From an uncultured Desulfovibrio sp. (lineage in GTDB: Bacteria > Desulfobacterota > Desulfovibrionia > Desulfovibrionales > Desulfovibrionaceae), in assembly GCA_900553145.1 (NCBI GenBank), contig USCL01000001.1, positions 1 to 61,788 on the forward strand: 61,788 bases of DNA. Direction: 5' to 3'. Below the pieces are notes generated by a model. The model did not search any database and was not told where the DNA came from. It was given only the letters and a program-made list of their open reading frames with translations. Positions 48,634-59,336 of this stretch are shown one piece after another. Numbering within the stretch: position 1 is the first letter of the stretch; the number at the start of each line of letters is the position of its first letter. The translations under genes and the position numbers were made by a program.

Positions 48634-50331
48634 TTAATACCTGTCGTCTTCAAGCGAGACGACAACGTCCATGTTTTGCTCGATCCAGTGCTTGATCCGC
48701 TCGTGGGCCGCCTTCCGTTGTGAGCGTTTCTCCTTGAGCATTTCCCGGTCGGCCTCCACAAGAATCGCGGAGGCAGGGATACCGGGCAACTCGGCGCAGG
48801 CCAGCCCGACGGAAACCAGCGCGGGCATCTGATCGGAGCAGGCATTATGGCGATCGAAATTCTGGTGCAGCCTCGAAAGGATCTCTTCGCCCTCTTTCCG
48901 GCTGCATGCCGGCAGCAAAATGACGATCTCGTCGCCGCCCATGCGGGCCACGCAGTCCGCCGTGCGCACGCTCTCCTTGCACAAGACCGCCACGGTCTGG
49001 AGCAATTTGTCCCCGGCAAGATGCCCCATGTAATCGTTCACCAGCTTTAATCCATTGACGTCACAGGAAATCACGCACAACGGGCGGATCTCTTTGTTCT
49101 CGATGTTCGCCAGCTTGATGTCGAAATACGTCCGGCTGTGCAGGCCCGTCAGCGCATCGTTCTGGGCGAGCTTCTCGAAATAGTCCCTGTCCGCCTGCGA
49201 AGCCGTGATATTGGTGTGCAGGCCGACGATACGGGTTGCCCGCCCCTTTTCGTCACGGTGCGTCACGTAGCCTCGCCCGAGGATCCACGCATAACTTCCG
49301 TCCACGCGCTTCAGGCGATACGTGCACTCGAACGTATCGCCGTATTCCGGGGAATCCGCCAGCTTGCGCTGCGGTTCCACAATTTTTTTGAGATCGTCCG
49401 GGTGGATCTTCTTTTTCCACGTATCAAGATGCCCGGGGAACTGTTCCGACGTGTACCCGAGCATAGAGAGCCAGCGCGGGCTATAGTACACTTCGTCCGA
49501 GATGGGGTTCCAGTCCCACAGGCCGTCCCCGGCGGCGTTGAGCGCGGAAAGCAGGCTGCCGTTTTCCGGCGACCGCTGCTTGTGGCCTTCTTCGACGAAC
49601 CCCAAGGGCTGCCATGTGCCCGACATGCTGAGCGCACGCCCGTCTTCATCCCGGTTCAGGACGGCCCCCCGCACCCATATTTTGACATATGAGCCGTCTT
49701 CCTTGCGGACCCGCAGCTCATCCGTGAGCTCGTCTCCGAAAAGCGGCTGTTCAATGACGAGCTGGTAACGGCAGTCCGTGCCCTCTTCGGGGTGGAGGCG
49801 GCCTTTCCATTCGTCAAGGCTGAACACGCGCGGCAGGGCCTCGGCGTACCCGAGTAGGCGCGAGCCGTTGGCGTCGACCCACAGCGTCCTCTTTTCCAGT
49901 GAACAGTTCCAGAAGCAGATCTGCGCCTGCCCTTTGGATACGGTGCTCACCGGAGGCAAATAAGCCATCGTGCCGGGAGCGATCTCAAACTGCCCGATGA
50001 TGCGGCTCGCCCGGCCTTCCACATTCCTTTCCAGCACAAACAGCCGTTCACGGACAAAAAAATGCTCAACCGGATACGCCGTCTCCAGAAACCCCCTGTC
50101 TCCGGCAAGCACGCCTTCGCGCAATTCGCAAAGCGACTGCAGGCAGCCTTCCGGGATATGCTCAAAAAACTCCGCCATCGTGACGGGGTTCTCCCCATCG
50201 GACAGGCCAAAAGCCAACCGCGTCCCCTTGCTGAAGAAAAGCCGATCCGAGGGGAGATGCCATTCCCAAAGTTTTTCGGTAGACCCAAGGGGGATTGATG
50301 GGGAAAAGGATATATGATCGGTCTGCGTCAT
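48634..50331 (-). CDS. PAS-domain diguanylate cyclase (GGDEI variant)
   Basis: PAS_3 repeats (GLWDWN..IHPDD), DALTGL, DVNGLKLVND..GH..GD and RMGGDEI motifs. Confidence 0.9.
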   Translation of the reverse strand: MTQTDHISFSPSIPLGSTEKLWEWHLPSDRLFFSKGTRLAFGLSDGENPVTMAEFFEHIPEGCLQSLCELREGVLAGDRGFLETAYPVEHFFVRERLFVLERNVEGRASRIIGQFEIAPGTMAYLPPVSTVSKGQAQICFWNCSLEKRTLWVDANGSRLLGYAEALPRVFSLDEWKGRLHPEEGTDCRYQLVIEQPLFGDELTDELRVRKEDGSYVKIWVRGAVLNRDEDGRALSMSGTWQPLGFVEEGHKQRSPENGSLLSALNAAGDGLWDWNPISDEVYYSPRWLSMLGYTSEQFPGHLDTWKKKIHPDDLKKIVEPQRKLADSPEYGDTFECTYRLKRVDGSYAWILGRGYVTHRDEKGRATRIVGLHTNITASQADRDYFEKLAQNDALTGLHSRTYFDIKLANIENKEIRPLCVISCDVNGLKLVNDYMGHLAGDKLLQTVAVLCKESVRTADCVARMGGDEIVILLPACSRKEGEEILSRLHQNFDRHNACSDQMPALVSVGLACAELPGIPASAILVEADREMLKEKRSQRKAAHERIKHWIEQNMDVVVSLEDDRY

Positions 50332-50900
50332 GGCTTTCTCGCTAGTATTTCAAGACTGTACCTGAAAAACACTCTGTCAGGACATGCCGACCGTCGTGAT
50401 ATTCCTACGGCATCCCGGATACCCTCCCCGCAGTCCGGCACAAAGCACCACCAGCGGAAATGAAACCGGTCAAGGACAGTCCGGGAATTTTTTCCCGTTT
50501 TTCATGTGCCGTCTTGCCGCATCATATAGAAAAGAAGAGAAAGCCGATAGTCCTTTCTTTGGAACATCCTTTATTGCTCATGAGATAATCTATAGAGAAT
50601 CCATGAGGCGCTGCATCCCCTCCTGCGGCGTGCAACAGACGGCGATCCGCCGTTTGCCTCCAACGCAAGGCCTTCTCCCCTCCTCCCGCTTTCCCGCAAC
50701 GCAGGCCCGCCCGTTACCCGCATCGCCGGTTTCGCCTTGAGCCACCGCCACGTGCGCGCCTCAGTCTCCGTTCCCATCACCTGCCGGGCTCCTGCCGAAT
50801 CCGCAATGCCCCGTGGCGTTTCCCTTTCCGCCACCCAAAAGGAACTGGACGGGACGCCCTCTTTGGTATAGGAAGTCCTCCCTCAAAAGGAAGCACTCCC

Positions 50901-52064
50901 ATGTCATTGATTCCATTGTTTCAGTCCCCCAAAAGTTTTTACCGGCTCGCCGTGGCAAGCTTCTTTTTCCTCCAGGGTTTGGTCTTCGCCAGCTGGGCCA
51001 GCCGCATCCCCGACATCAAACAGGCCCTCGATCTCAACGAGGCGCAGCTCGGCGGCGTCCTGTTCGCCATCCCCGTGGGGCAGATGTCGGCCATGGCCCT
51101 GTCCGGCTATCTGGTCAGCCGCTTCGGCAGCCGCAGGATGCTGCTCCTCGCCGCCTTCTCCTATTCGGGAACGCTCATGGCGCTCGGCTTCATCAGCGGG
51201 ATCTGGCAGCTTTTCGTCACGCTGGGGCTCTTCGGCGTCGCGGCCAACCTGCACAACATTTCGGTGAACACGCAGGCCGTCGGCGTCGAACGCCTCTACC
51301 GCCGCAGCATCATGGCCTCCTTCCACGGCCTGTGGAGCCTCGCCGGATTCGTCGGCGGGATCATCGGCGCGCTGCTTGCGGCGTTCTCCGTGGGCACGCG
51401 CGCGCACTTCAGCTTCATCTTCGCCGTCTGCATGGGCATCGTGGCGGTCATGTTCCGGTTTACCCTCCCGCGCGACAGGGCCCGCAACGCCGCAGCCGGA
51501 CAAAAACGCCCCAAGGGCAGGCTCGATCCCTATGTGGTCCTGCTCGGGCTGATCGCTTTCGGCTGCATGGCGAGCGAAGGGACGATGTACGACTGGAGCG
51601 CCGTATACTACGAAGCGATCATCAAGCCGTCGCCGGAGCTGATCCGCCTCGGGTACATCGCATACATGTGCACGATGGTCTGCGGCAGGTTCATGGCGGA
51701 CGGCCTCGTGACCCGGTTCGGGGTCATCCGCATCCTGCAGGCCAGCGGCGCGCTCATCGCCGCGGGGCTACTGATCTCCGTCCTCCTGCCCCATGTGGCC
51801 ACGGCGACGTTCGGCCTCGCGCTGGTGGGGTTCGGCACGGCTTCGGTGGTTCCGGTCTGCTACAGCATGGCGGGGAAATCGCAGACCATGCCCCCGAGCG
51901 TGGCGCTGGCCGTGGTTTCGACCATCGGGTTCCTCGGGTTCCTGCTCTGCCCGCCGGTCATCGGCTTCATCGCCCACGCGTCGAGCCTGCGCTGTTCCTT
52001 TGCCCTCATCGCCGTGTTCGGGTTCATGACCGCCGTGCTCGCGCGGTTCCTGCGCCGGGGCTGA
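50901..52064 (+). CDS. MFS transporter
   Basis: 12-TM pattern; SWASRIP, SRFGSRR, MASFHGLWSLA and EG...DWS motifs. Confidence 0.9.
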   Translation: MSLIPLFQSPKSFYRLAVASFFFLQGLVFASWASRIPDIKQALDLNEAQLGGVLFAIPVGQMSAMALSGYLVSRFGSRRMLLLAAFSYSGTLMALGFISGIWQLFVTLGLFGVAANLHNISVNTQAVGVERLYRRSIMASFHGLWSLAGFVGGIIGALLAAFSVGTRAHFSFIFAVCMGIVAVMFRFTLPRDRARNAAAGQKRPKGRLDPYVVLLGLIAFGCMASEGTMYDWSAVYYEAIIKPSPELIRLGYIAYMCTMVCGRFMADGLVTRFGVIRILQASGALIAAGLLISVLLPHVATATFGLALVGFGTASVVPVCYSMAGKSQTMPPSVALAVVSTIGFLGFLLCPPVIGFIAHASSLRCSFALIAVFGFMTAVLARFLRRG

Positions 52065-52420
52065 CGGCCAAAGCCTTTTTCCTCAAATAGAAAACCGCGC
52101 TTGGGAACAGCGCCTTTGTCCGTCCTCCAAAGCGCGGCGGCCTCCCGGCCGGGGGGAATTTTCCCCATCCTATTGAGTAAAATGTTTTTTTTGTGGACAA
52201 CGCCCCTCAAAAGGCCGCGGGTTGCCGGAATCCCCTCAATATGTCAGAACGTTTCTAACACCGTAAGGGCGTCCCCACGGAAACGCCCGCCTTACTGGAG
52301 TTGCCCCGCAACAGGGCACGCCACGTAAGGATGAAAGGGGTTCCGCCGGGCACCGTCCTCCGGGCCCTTCCTCCGATCCTCTAAGAAGCGGCCGTATGGC
52401 CGCCGACAACAGGGCAGACG

Positions 52421-53752
52421 ATGGAACTCACCTCCGAATCTGTACTGGCCCTCGCCCCGGACGCCTCTTCGGTCAAGGCGGCGCAAGCCCTGCTCAAGCC
52501 CGGCCAGTGGCCGATCCTCGGCTTCGGCGGGAACGCCGTATGGGGCGAATGCAAGGGCAGCGGCTCCAAGCCGTATCAAGTCGAAGCCGACCTGTCCGGC
52601 CCGGCTTTCAAATGCACCTGCCCAAGCCGGAAATTCCCCTGCAAGCACGCCTTGGCCCTGCTCCTGCTGCGCATACAGCAGGAAACCGCCTTTACGCAGG
52701 GCGAAGCGCCCGACTGGGTAAAAGAGTGGGTTGACGCGCGCGAAAAACGCGCCGCACGCCAAGAACAAAAACAGGAAAACAAGGATCAGCCCGCCGATCC
52801 CGCCGCAGTGGCCAAACGCGAAGCCTCCCGCCTCAAGCGCATGGCTTCCGGGCTGGACGATCTGGAACGCTGGATGTGCGACCTCATACGCCACGGCCTC
52901 GGGCAGCTTTCCGGCAACGCCGCATGGCAGGAAGAGACCGCCGCGCGCATGGTCGACGCGCAGCTTCCCGGCATTGCCGCGCGCCTGCGGAACCTGCAGG
53001 GCGTCGCCTTCTCCACGGAGGACTGGCCCGGCGTGGTGCTGGCCCAGTTCGGACAGATGCAGCTCCTCATCGACGCCTTCCGCCATCTTGAAGAGCTTTC
53101 CCCGGAAGAGCGGGCGGATGTCCGCTCCGCCCTCGGCCTGTCCCCGGATAAGGACGAGGTGATCGCCTCCGGGGAACGCCTGAGCGATCTCTGGCTGGTG
53201 CTCGGCGTGAGCTACGCCGAAGAAAACAAGCTCTGGCGGCGGCGCGTCTGGCTGCGCGGGCAGGCCAGCGGGCGTACGGCCCTGCTGCTGGACTTCTCGC
53301 ACGGCGGCAAGCATTTTGAGCAGGGCTTCGTCCTCGGCAGCCTCGTGGATATGACGCTGGCCTTCTATCCGGGGGCCGTCCCTCTGCGCGCCATCGCCAC
53401 AGGCGCCCCCGTCCGGGCCAATACGGCGCCCGTGCCCACGGTCGCCCTCCGCGAGGCGCTGGAAGGCATGGCCAAAACCATCGCCGCGCAACCGTGGCAA
53501 TGGCCCCTGCCCCTCATGGTCAGCGACGGCGTCCCCTGCCGTTCCGGCAACTCGTGGTTCCTTCAGACCGCCGAAGGCGACCGCCTCCCCCTCAACATGG
53601 CCGACGGCGACGGCTGGGAACTGCTCGCGCAAGGCGGCGGCCGCCCCCTGAGCGTCTGGGGCGAATGGGACGGAGCCCGGCTTCGGCCCTTGAGCGCGTG
53701 GGCCCCCGGCACGTCCGGAGCCCCGCTGTGGCATGAAGGAGCCCGCGTATGA
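52421..53752 (+). CDS. SWIM zinc finger protein
   Basis: WGECKGSGSKPY and CTCPSRKFPCKH (CxC...CxH) motifs. Confidence 0.9.
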   Translation: MELTSESVLALAPDASSVKAAQALLKPGQWPILGFGGNAVWGECKGSGSKPYQVEADLSGPAFKCTCPSRKFPCKHALALLLLRIQQETAFTQGEAPDWVKEWVDAREKRAARQEQKQENKDQPADPAAVAKREASRLKRMASGLDDLERWMCDLIRHGLGQLSGNAAWQEETAARMVDAQLPGIAARLRNLQGVAFSTEDWPGVVLAQFGQMQLLIDAFRHLEELSPEERADVRSALGLSPDKDEVIASGERLSDLWLVLGVSYAEENKLWRRRVWLRGQASGRTALLLDFSHGGKHFEQGFVLGSLVDMTLAFYPGAVPLRAIATGAPVRANTAPVPTVALREALEGMAKTIAAQPWQWPLPLMVSDGVPCRSGNSWFLQTAEGDRLPLNMADGDGWELLAQGGGRPLSVWGEWDGARLRPLSAWAPGTSGAPLWHEGARV

Positions 53753-55401
53753 ACATGCCCTTCCTGACCATGCAGGCGCTGCTCGGCACGGACAAGCGCC
53801 CGCCCGAATTTCCCGCCGACGAAAGCGAAGCCGGACGGCTCACGCAAGCCGTCGCCGCCATGCGGGACGGCTCCGAAAACGCCGACGCGCTCAAGCTTCT
53901 CCGCGCCGCCGGGGTGCAGGCCGTCTGCGGGCTGGCGGGCTATCTGCCGCCCCGCGCCGATTCCGGCCTTGCCGAGCCCTGCCCGCCGGAATCCCGCACG
54001 CCCGTGGACAAGGCCGCCATCATCGACTTGCTGCGCCAAATCCTCTCCAACGGTTCCGACCGCATGCGCCTTGAAGCCTTCCGCCTCATGTCCGGCGCGG
54101 GAAAGGTGCTCCCGCCGACGCTGCTCCCGCAGGCGCTGGAGCTTGGACGCCGCACCCCGGCCTTGCGCGGGCCCATAGCCCAAGTCGCCGGGGAGCGCGG
54201 CCGCTGGCTCGGGGCCCGGAATGCCGCGTGGAACCTGTTCGCCACCAGCTCCGGGGGCGAGCTCGATCCCGAAGTCTGGGACAGCGGGACACTGGCACAG
54301 CGCGAAGCTTACCTCAAAACCCTCCGCGCGCAGGAGCCCGCCAAAGCCCGCGAGCTTTTTGAAGCGGCCTCGGCATCCCTCGACGCCCGCGAACGCGCCG
54401 CCTTTACCGGGTGCCTCGAGGAAGGCTTGAGCACCGCTGACGAAGCCTTCCTCGAAACCCTGCTGGAAAAGGATCGCAGCAAGGAAGTGCGGCAAACCGC
54501 CGCCTCCCTGCTCGTCCGCCTGCCGGAAAGCGGCTATGTCCGGCGCATGGCCGGACGCCTTGCCCCCTGCATTGCCGTCCCGGAGGCCAAAAGCGGGATC
54601 ATCAGCCGCATCGCCTCGGCCTTCGCCGCGCCCCTGCCGGGCATCGAACCGCCGGAATCCTTTGATCCCGAGTGGAAAAAGGACATGCTGGAGGAAAAAA
54701 AGCCGCAGTACGAGGAGTTCGGGCAGCGCGGCTGGTGGCTTTACCAGATAGGGCGCGGCGTGCCGCTGGCATGGTGGGAGACGCATACCGGCCTGTCGCC
54801 CGAAGCCCTCATCGGCTGGGCGCAGAAAACCGATTGGAGCAAGGTGCTGTTCCGCATCTGGCTGGAGGCCGCCCAGCGCGAGCGCCATCCCCAATGGGCC
54901 GCCGCCCTGCTCGCCCGCGTGTTCGGGGAACACCTCGAAGTTTCCGTGGGCAAGGGCCGGATCGATGCCTTCGCCTTCATCGGCATCTTGCCGCCATCCG
55001 AGCGCGAAGCCGCCCTCCTCGAACGTTTCCCCTGCCCCGGCCCCACGGACGGCGGCGACACGTTCGCCCAGCGGCACTATAAGCAGGTAATGCAGTTCGG
55101 GAGGTTCTCCCCGCCCGACGGGGACACCCCCTTTTCCCTTGAAGGGGGCCGGGCCCTCGTCCGGCGGATCCGCTTCTGGGCGGACCATTCCGACGGCATC
55201 GGCCAAATAAGCTACCAGACCTCCATCGCGCTGGGGCACATCATCGAGGCGACCTTCTGGCTGATCCCGCTTCCCCTGCTGGACGATCTGCTCGCGGATT
55301 GGCCTTGCAGCGAAAAGGGGACCCCCTTCTGCCGATCCGGGTACGATTTTCTGACCACGGCCATCAAGGCCCGCAAGGCCCTTCACCACTACTTTGCCTG
55401 A
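53749..55401 (+). CDS. DUF5691-like alpha-helical (HEAT-like) protein
   Basis: GERGRWL..N..W, DEAFLE.LL.DRSKEVR.AA.LL patterns; ATGA overlap with the SWIM gene. Confidence 0.75.
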   Translation: MNMPFLTMQALLGTDKRPPEFPADESEAGRLTQAVAAMRDGSENADALKLLRAAGVQAVCGLAGYLPPRADSGLAEPCPPESRTPVDKAAIIDLLRQILSNGSDRMRLEAFRLMSGAGKVLPPTLLPQALELGRRTPALRGPIAQVAGERGRWLGARNAAWNLFATSSGGELDPEVWDSGTLAQREAYLKTLRAQEPAKARELFEAASASLDARERAAFTGCLEEGLSTADEAFLETLLEKDRSKEVRQTAASLLVRLPESGYVRRMAGRLAPCIAVPEAKSGIISRIASAFAAPLPGIEPPESFDPEWKKDMLEEKKPQYEEFGQRGWWLYQIGRGVPLAWWETHTGLSPEALIGWAQKTDWSKVLFRIWLEAAQRERHPQWAAALLARVFGEHLEVSVGKGRIDAFAFIGILPPSEREAALLERFPCPGPTDGGDTFAQRHYKQVMQFGRFSPPDGDTPFSLEGGRALVRRIRFWADHSDGIGQISYQTSIALGHIIEATFWLIPLPLLDDLLADWPCSEKGTPFCRSGYDFLTTAIKARKALHHYFA

Positions 55402-55410
55402 GAGAAAACC

Positions 55411-56505
55411 ATGAGCACGGCTGACAACGAAAACAAGCTGCGGCACCACGCCGAACAACAGTTCGCCGAGGAACTGGAAGAACTCAAAAAAGCCGACGCC
55501 CGCCAGCGCCCCACCAACTGGGAGCTTTCCCCGTGGGCCGTCTGCACCTACCTGCTCGGCGGCGAACTGGACAGCGGCTTCACGGTATCCGCCAAATACA
55601 TCGGGAACCGCCGCATCATCGAAACGGCGGTCGCCACGCTGGCGACGGACCGGGCGCTCTTGCTGTACGGGGTTCCGGGCACGGCGAAGTCGTGGGTGTC
55701 GGAACACTTGGCGGCGGCGATCAGCGGCGACTCCACGCGCATCATCCAAGGCACGGCGGGCACCAGCGAAGAACAGATGCGCTATGGCTGGAACTATGCG
55801 GAACTCCTCTCCAAGGGGCCGTCCCGCGCCGCGCTGGTCGAAAGCCCGCTTATGCGGGCCATGTCCGAGGGCCGCATCGCCCGCGTGGAGGAGCTGACCC
55901 GCATCCCCGCCGACGTGCAGGACACGCTGATCACCATCCTGTCCGAAAAAACGCTCCCCATCCCCGAGCTCAACGACGAAGTGCAGGCCGTGCGCGGCTT
56001 CAACCTCATCGCCACGGCGAACAACCGCGACAAAGGCGTCAACGAGCTGTCCTCGGCGCTCAAGCGGCGCTTCAACACGGTCATCCTGCCCGTGCCCGCC
56101 ACGGAGGAAGAGGAAATCAGCATCGTGTCCAAGCGCGTCTCCGAAATGGGCCGCGCGCTGGAGCTCCCCGCCGAGCCCCCGGCGCTGGATGAAGTGCGCC
56201 GCGTGGTGCAGATCTTCCGCGAACTGCGCAACGGGCAGACGGAAGACGGCAAGACCAAGCTCAAGTCGCCCACCGGCACGCTGAGCACGGCGGAAGCCAT
56301 CTCCGTGCTCAACAGCGGCATGGCGCTTGCCGCGCACTTCGGGGACGGCGTGCTGCACGCCCGCGACGTCGCCGCGAGCCTTGTAGGCGCGGTGGTCAAG
56401 GACCCCGTACAGGACGACCTCGTCTGGCGCGAGTATCTCGAAACCGTGGTCAAGGAGCGTTCCGGCTGGAAGGATCTGTACCGCGCCTGCCGTGACGTGG
56501 ATTAG
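55411..56505 (+). CDS. MoxR-type AAA+ ATPase (YehL-like)
   Basis: Walker A GVPGTAKS, Walker B RVEE, ATAN and SSALKRRF motifs. Confidence 0.92.
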   Translation: MSTADNENKLRHHAEQQFAEELEELKKADARQRPTNWELSPWAVCTYLLGGELDSGFTVSAKYIGNRRIIETAVATLATDRALLLYGVPGTAKSWVSEHLAAAISGDSTRIIQGTAGTSEEQMRYGWNYAELLSKGPSRAALVESPLMRAMSEGRIARVEELTRIPADVQDTLITILSEKTLPIPELNDEVQAVRGFNLIATANNRDKGVNELSSALKRRFNTVILPVPATEEEEISIVSKRVSEMGRALELPAEPPALDEVRRVVQIFRELRNGQTEDGKTKLKSPTGTLSTAEAISVLNSGMALAAHFGDGVLHARDVAASLVGAVVKDPVQDDLVWREYLETVVKERSGWKDLYRACRDVD

Positions 56506-56517
56506 GAAAGAAAAATC

Positions 56518-56605
56518 GGGGGAAGGAGCTTTCTGTAAAAAGCGCCCTCCCCCGACCCCCATCCGCAAAAACTCCGACTGGCGGGGAGGCGGCGCGGCGG
56601 GAGTC
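56518..56605 (+). repeat. Palindromic intergenic repeat (subtype A) inside the operon
   Basis: GGGGGAAGGAGCTTTCTGTAAAAAGCGCCCTCCCCC + CTGGCGGGGAGGCGGCGCGGCGGGAGTC tail, like 24861-24960. Confidence 0.75.
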
Positions 56606-56894
56606 CGGCGCAACGGCGGCAAGGTTCCCTGATCGGCTTTTCGGCTTTTTTGAGCGGGCCGCTCCGTTTTTCCGTCCGGCCGCGCTCTGCCGTCGGGAAA
56701 CGTTTTTCCGCTTTTCCGCGCGGCGTTGTTTTCCGGGCCCATCATGCCCGGGCGGACGGGATGGAAAGGCTCTCCCGGCGGTTTTTGAGAAAAGAAAAAG
56801 GATATGCTCCAACGGGGAGGAAGAATCCCCCCACACGGAAGGCGTTCTTCCCCCGGCGGGTATCCCTTTGCAACAGCTTACAAAAGGCTTCACC

Positions 56895-59306
56895 ATGCCT
56901 GATCAGACCGTTCGACTCTTCGGCATTCGCCACCACGGGCCGGGGTGCGCCCGCAGCCTGTTGCGCGCTCTGGAAGCCATGCAACCCGACTGCCTGCTGA
57001 TCGAAGGGCCGCCGGACGGCGAATCCGTGCTGCCCTTCGTGCTCGAACCGGAGATGCGCCCCCCGGTGGCACTGCTCGTATACGCCCCCGAGGATTCCCG
57101 GCGCGCCGTCTTCTATCCCTTCGCCGAGTTTTCCCCGGAATGGCAGGCCCTGCGGTACGGCTTGAGCCGATCCCTCCCGGTGCGGTTCATGGATCTGCCC
57201 ATCACCCATCAGTTCGGGCTGGACAAGGCGTTCGAAGACGAATGCAGGGCGGCGGACGAGAAGGCCTTGCAAGAGGCCGAAAACGCCGCGCCGGAAACAG
57301 GGGCAGATACGCCGGAACCCACGGCTCAAGGGGAAGATGAGGCCGACGCCACGGGCCCCTCCGCCGGGAGCGGCGCGGCCGGAGCATCCAAGGCCGACGG
57401 GACGGACGGCACCGCCGAGGACGATGCCTCCGAGGAGGACGTCTACGGCGATCCCCTCGACTGGCTCGGGCGCGCCGCCGGATACGGCGATGGCGAAGCA
57501 TGGTGGAACCACATGGTCGAGGAGCGCATCGACGGCCTCGAACTGTTCGACGCCATCCGCGAGGCCATGACCACCTTGCGGACCGAAGCGCCCCGGCGCG
57601 AACGCGGCGAAAGGGAAATGCGGCGCGAAGCCCTGCGCGAGGCGCACATGCGCAAAACGCTGCGGCAGGCGAAAAAAGAAGGATTCCAGAATATCGCCGT
57701 GATCTGCGGCGCGTGGCATGTGCCCGCGCTTGAAGCCGATACGCCCGCCAAGCAGGACAACGATCTGCTCAAGGGCCTGCCCAAAATGAAGGCCGCGGCG
57801 ACATGGACGCCGTGGACCTACCTCAACCTGAGCAGCCGGAGCGGCTACGGCGCGGGCGTGACCTCCCCCGCGTGGTACGAGCACCTGTGGCGCAGCGGCA
57901 AGGGCGATCGGGCCATCGGCTGGCTGACGCATGCCGCGCGCCTGTTCCGCGAGCAGGACATGGACTGCTCGTCCGCCCACATCATCGAAGCCTCGCGCCT
58001 TGCCGCGTCGCTGGCCGCCCTGCGCGAACGCCCCCGCCCCGGCCTGCAGGAGCTTTATGAAGCGCTGCAAACCACGGTCTGCATGGGCGACGCCGCCCCG
58101 CTGCGCCTGATCGAGCGCCAGCTCATCGTGGGCGACAAACTCGGGGGGATCCCCGAATCCGCGCCCACCGTCCCGTTGCAGCGGGATCTGGAACAGCAAC
58201 AGAAAAGCCTGCGCCTGAAGCCCGAAGCCGCACAGAAGGTGCTGGATCTCGATCTGCGCCAAGCCAACGATCTGGCGCGCAGCCACCTGCTGCACCGCTT
58301 GCGGCTGCTGGAAATCGGCTGGGCGACGCCGGGAGCGAACCGCAACGCCAAGGGGACGTTCCATGAACTCTGGGAAATGCAATGGGCGCCCGAACTCGCC
58401 GTTGCGGTGATCGCCGCCAGCCGGTGGGGGAACACCATCCTTGAAGCCGCCACGGCGAAGACGGTTGAGCTGGCGCGTGAAGCGGAACTGCTCCGCCTGA
58501 CGGAGCTGGTGAACGACATCCTGTTCGCCGATCTGCCGGATGCAGTCGGATACGCCACGCGCATGCTGGAAGAGAAAGCCGCCACCGCCAATGACGTCGG
58601 CCAGCTGCTGGAAGCCATCCCGCCCTTGGCGGCCGTCGCCCGTTACGGCAACGTGCGCCGGACCGACGCCGGGATGGTCACCCGCGTCCTTGAAGGCCTG
58701 ATCCCCCGCGCCGCCATCGGACTGCCGGGCGCCTGCACCTCGCTGAACGACGAAAGCGCCGCCGCCATGCGCGACCGCATCATCGCGGCGCACAATGCCA
58801 TCCGCCTGCTCGGCGACGAAACGCTTTCGGAAGGCTGGCTGTCCGCCCTGCACCAGACCGCCCTGCGCGAGGGCACGGTCCACGAGCTCCTGCAGGGCAC
58901 GGCCGTCCGCCTGCTGTTCGACGAGCAGCGGCTGCCGATGGAGGAAGTCGCCCGGCTGATGGGCCTTTCCCTGTCGGCGGCGTCCGAGCCCGCCGCGGCC
59001 TCCGCGTGGATCGAGGGGTTCCTGAACCAAAGCGCGCTGGTGCTCCTGCATGACGACGCCCTGTGGAGCGTGCTCGCAAACTGGCTGGACGGCCTGACCG
59101 ACACGCACTTTACCAGCATCCTGCCCATGCTGCGCCGGACGTTCTCGGGCTTTTCCGGCCCCGAGCGCCGCCAGCTCGGCGAACGCGCCAAGCGTCCCGC
59201 CGGGAAAACGATGCACGGGCAGGCCGAAACCCGCTGGGATGCGGAACGCGCGGCCCTGCCCGTCCCGTTCCTGCGGCGCGTGCTCGGCCTCGCGGCGCAG
59301 GCGTAA
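56895..59306 (+). CDS. DUF5682 (YehM-like) protein
   Basis: GIRHHGPG, LIEGP, FYPFAEFSPEWQA, RE..M, ICGAWH.PAL and SGYGAG motifs; acidic low-complexity insert near 57240-57440. Confidence 0.85.
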   Translation: MPDQTVRLFGIRHHGPGCARSLLRALEAMQPDCLLIEGPPDGESVLPFVLEPEMRPPVALLVYAPEDSRRAVFYPFAEFSPEWQALRYGLSRSLPVRFMDLPITHQFGLDKAFEDECRAADEKALQEAENAAPETGADTPEPTAQGEDEADATGPSAGSGAAGASKADGTDGTAEDDASEEDVYGDPLDWLGRAAGYGDGEAWWNHMVEERIDGLELFDAIREAMTTLRTEAPRRERGEREMRREALREAHMRKTLRQAKKEGFQNIAVICGAWHVPALEADTPAKQDNDLLKGLPKMKAAATWTPWTYLNLSSRSGYGAGVTSPAWYEHLWRSGKGDRAIGWLTHAARLFREQDMDCSSAHIIEASRLAASLAALRERPRPGLQELYEALQTTVCMGDAAPLRLIERQLIVGDKLGGIPESAPTVPLQRDLEQQQKSLRLKPEAAQKVLDLDLRQANDLARSHLLHRLRLLEIGWATPGANRNAKGTFHELWEMQWAPELAVAVIAASRWGNTILEAATAKTVELAREAELLRLTELVNDILFADLPDAVGYATRMLEEKAATANDVGQLLEAIPPLAAVARYGNVRRTDAGMVTRVLEGLIPRAAIGLPGACTSLNDESAAAMRDRIIAAHNAIRLLGDETLSEGWLSALHQTALREGTVHELLQGTAVRLLFDEQRLPMEEVARLMGLSLSAASEPAAASAWIEGFLNQSALVLLHDDALWSVLANWLDGLTDTHFTSILPMLRRTFSGFSGPERRQLGERAKRPAGKTMHGQAETRWDAERAALPVPFLRRVLGLAAQA

Positions 59307-59336
59307 CCGGGCGAATCCGGATTTGTGGTGAATGCG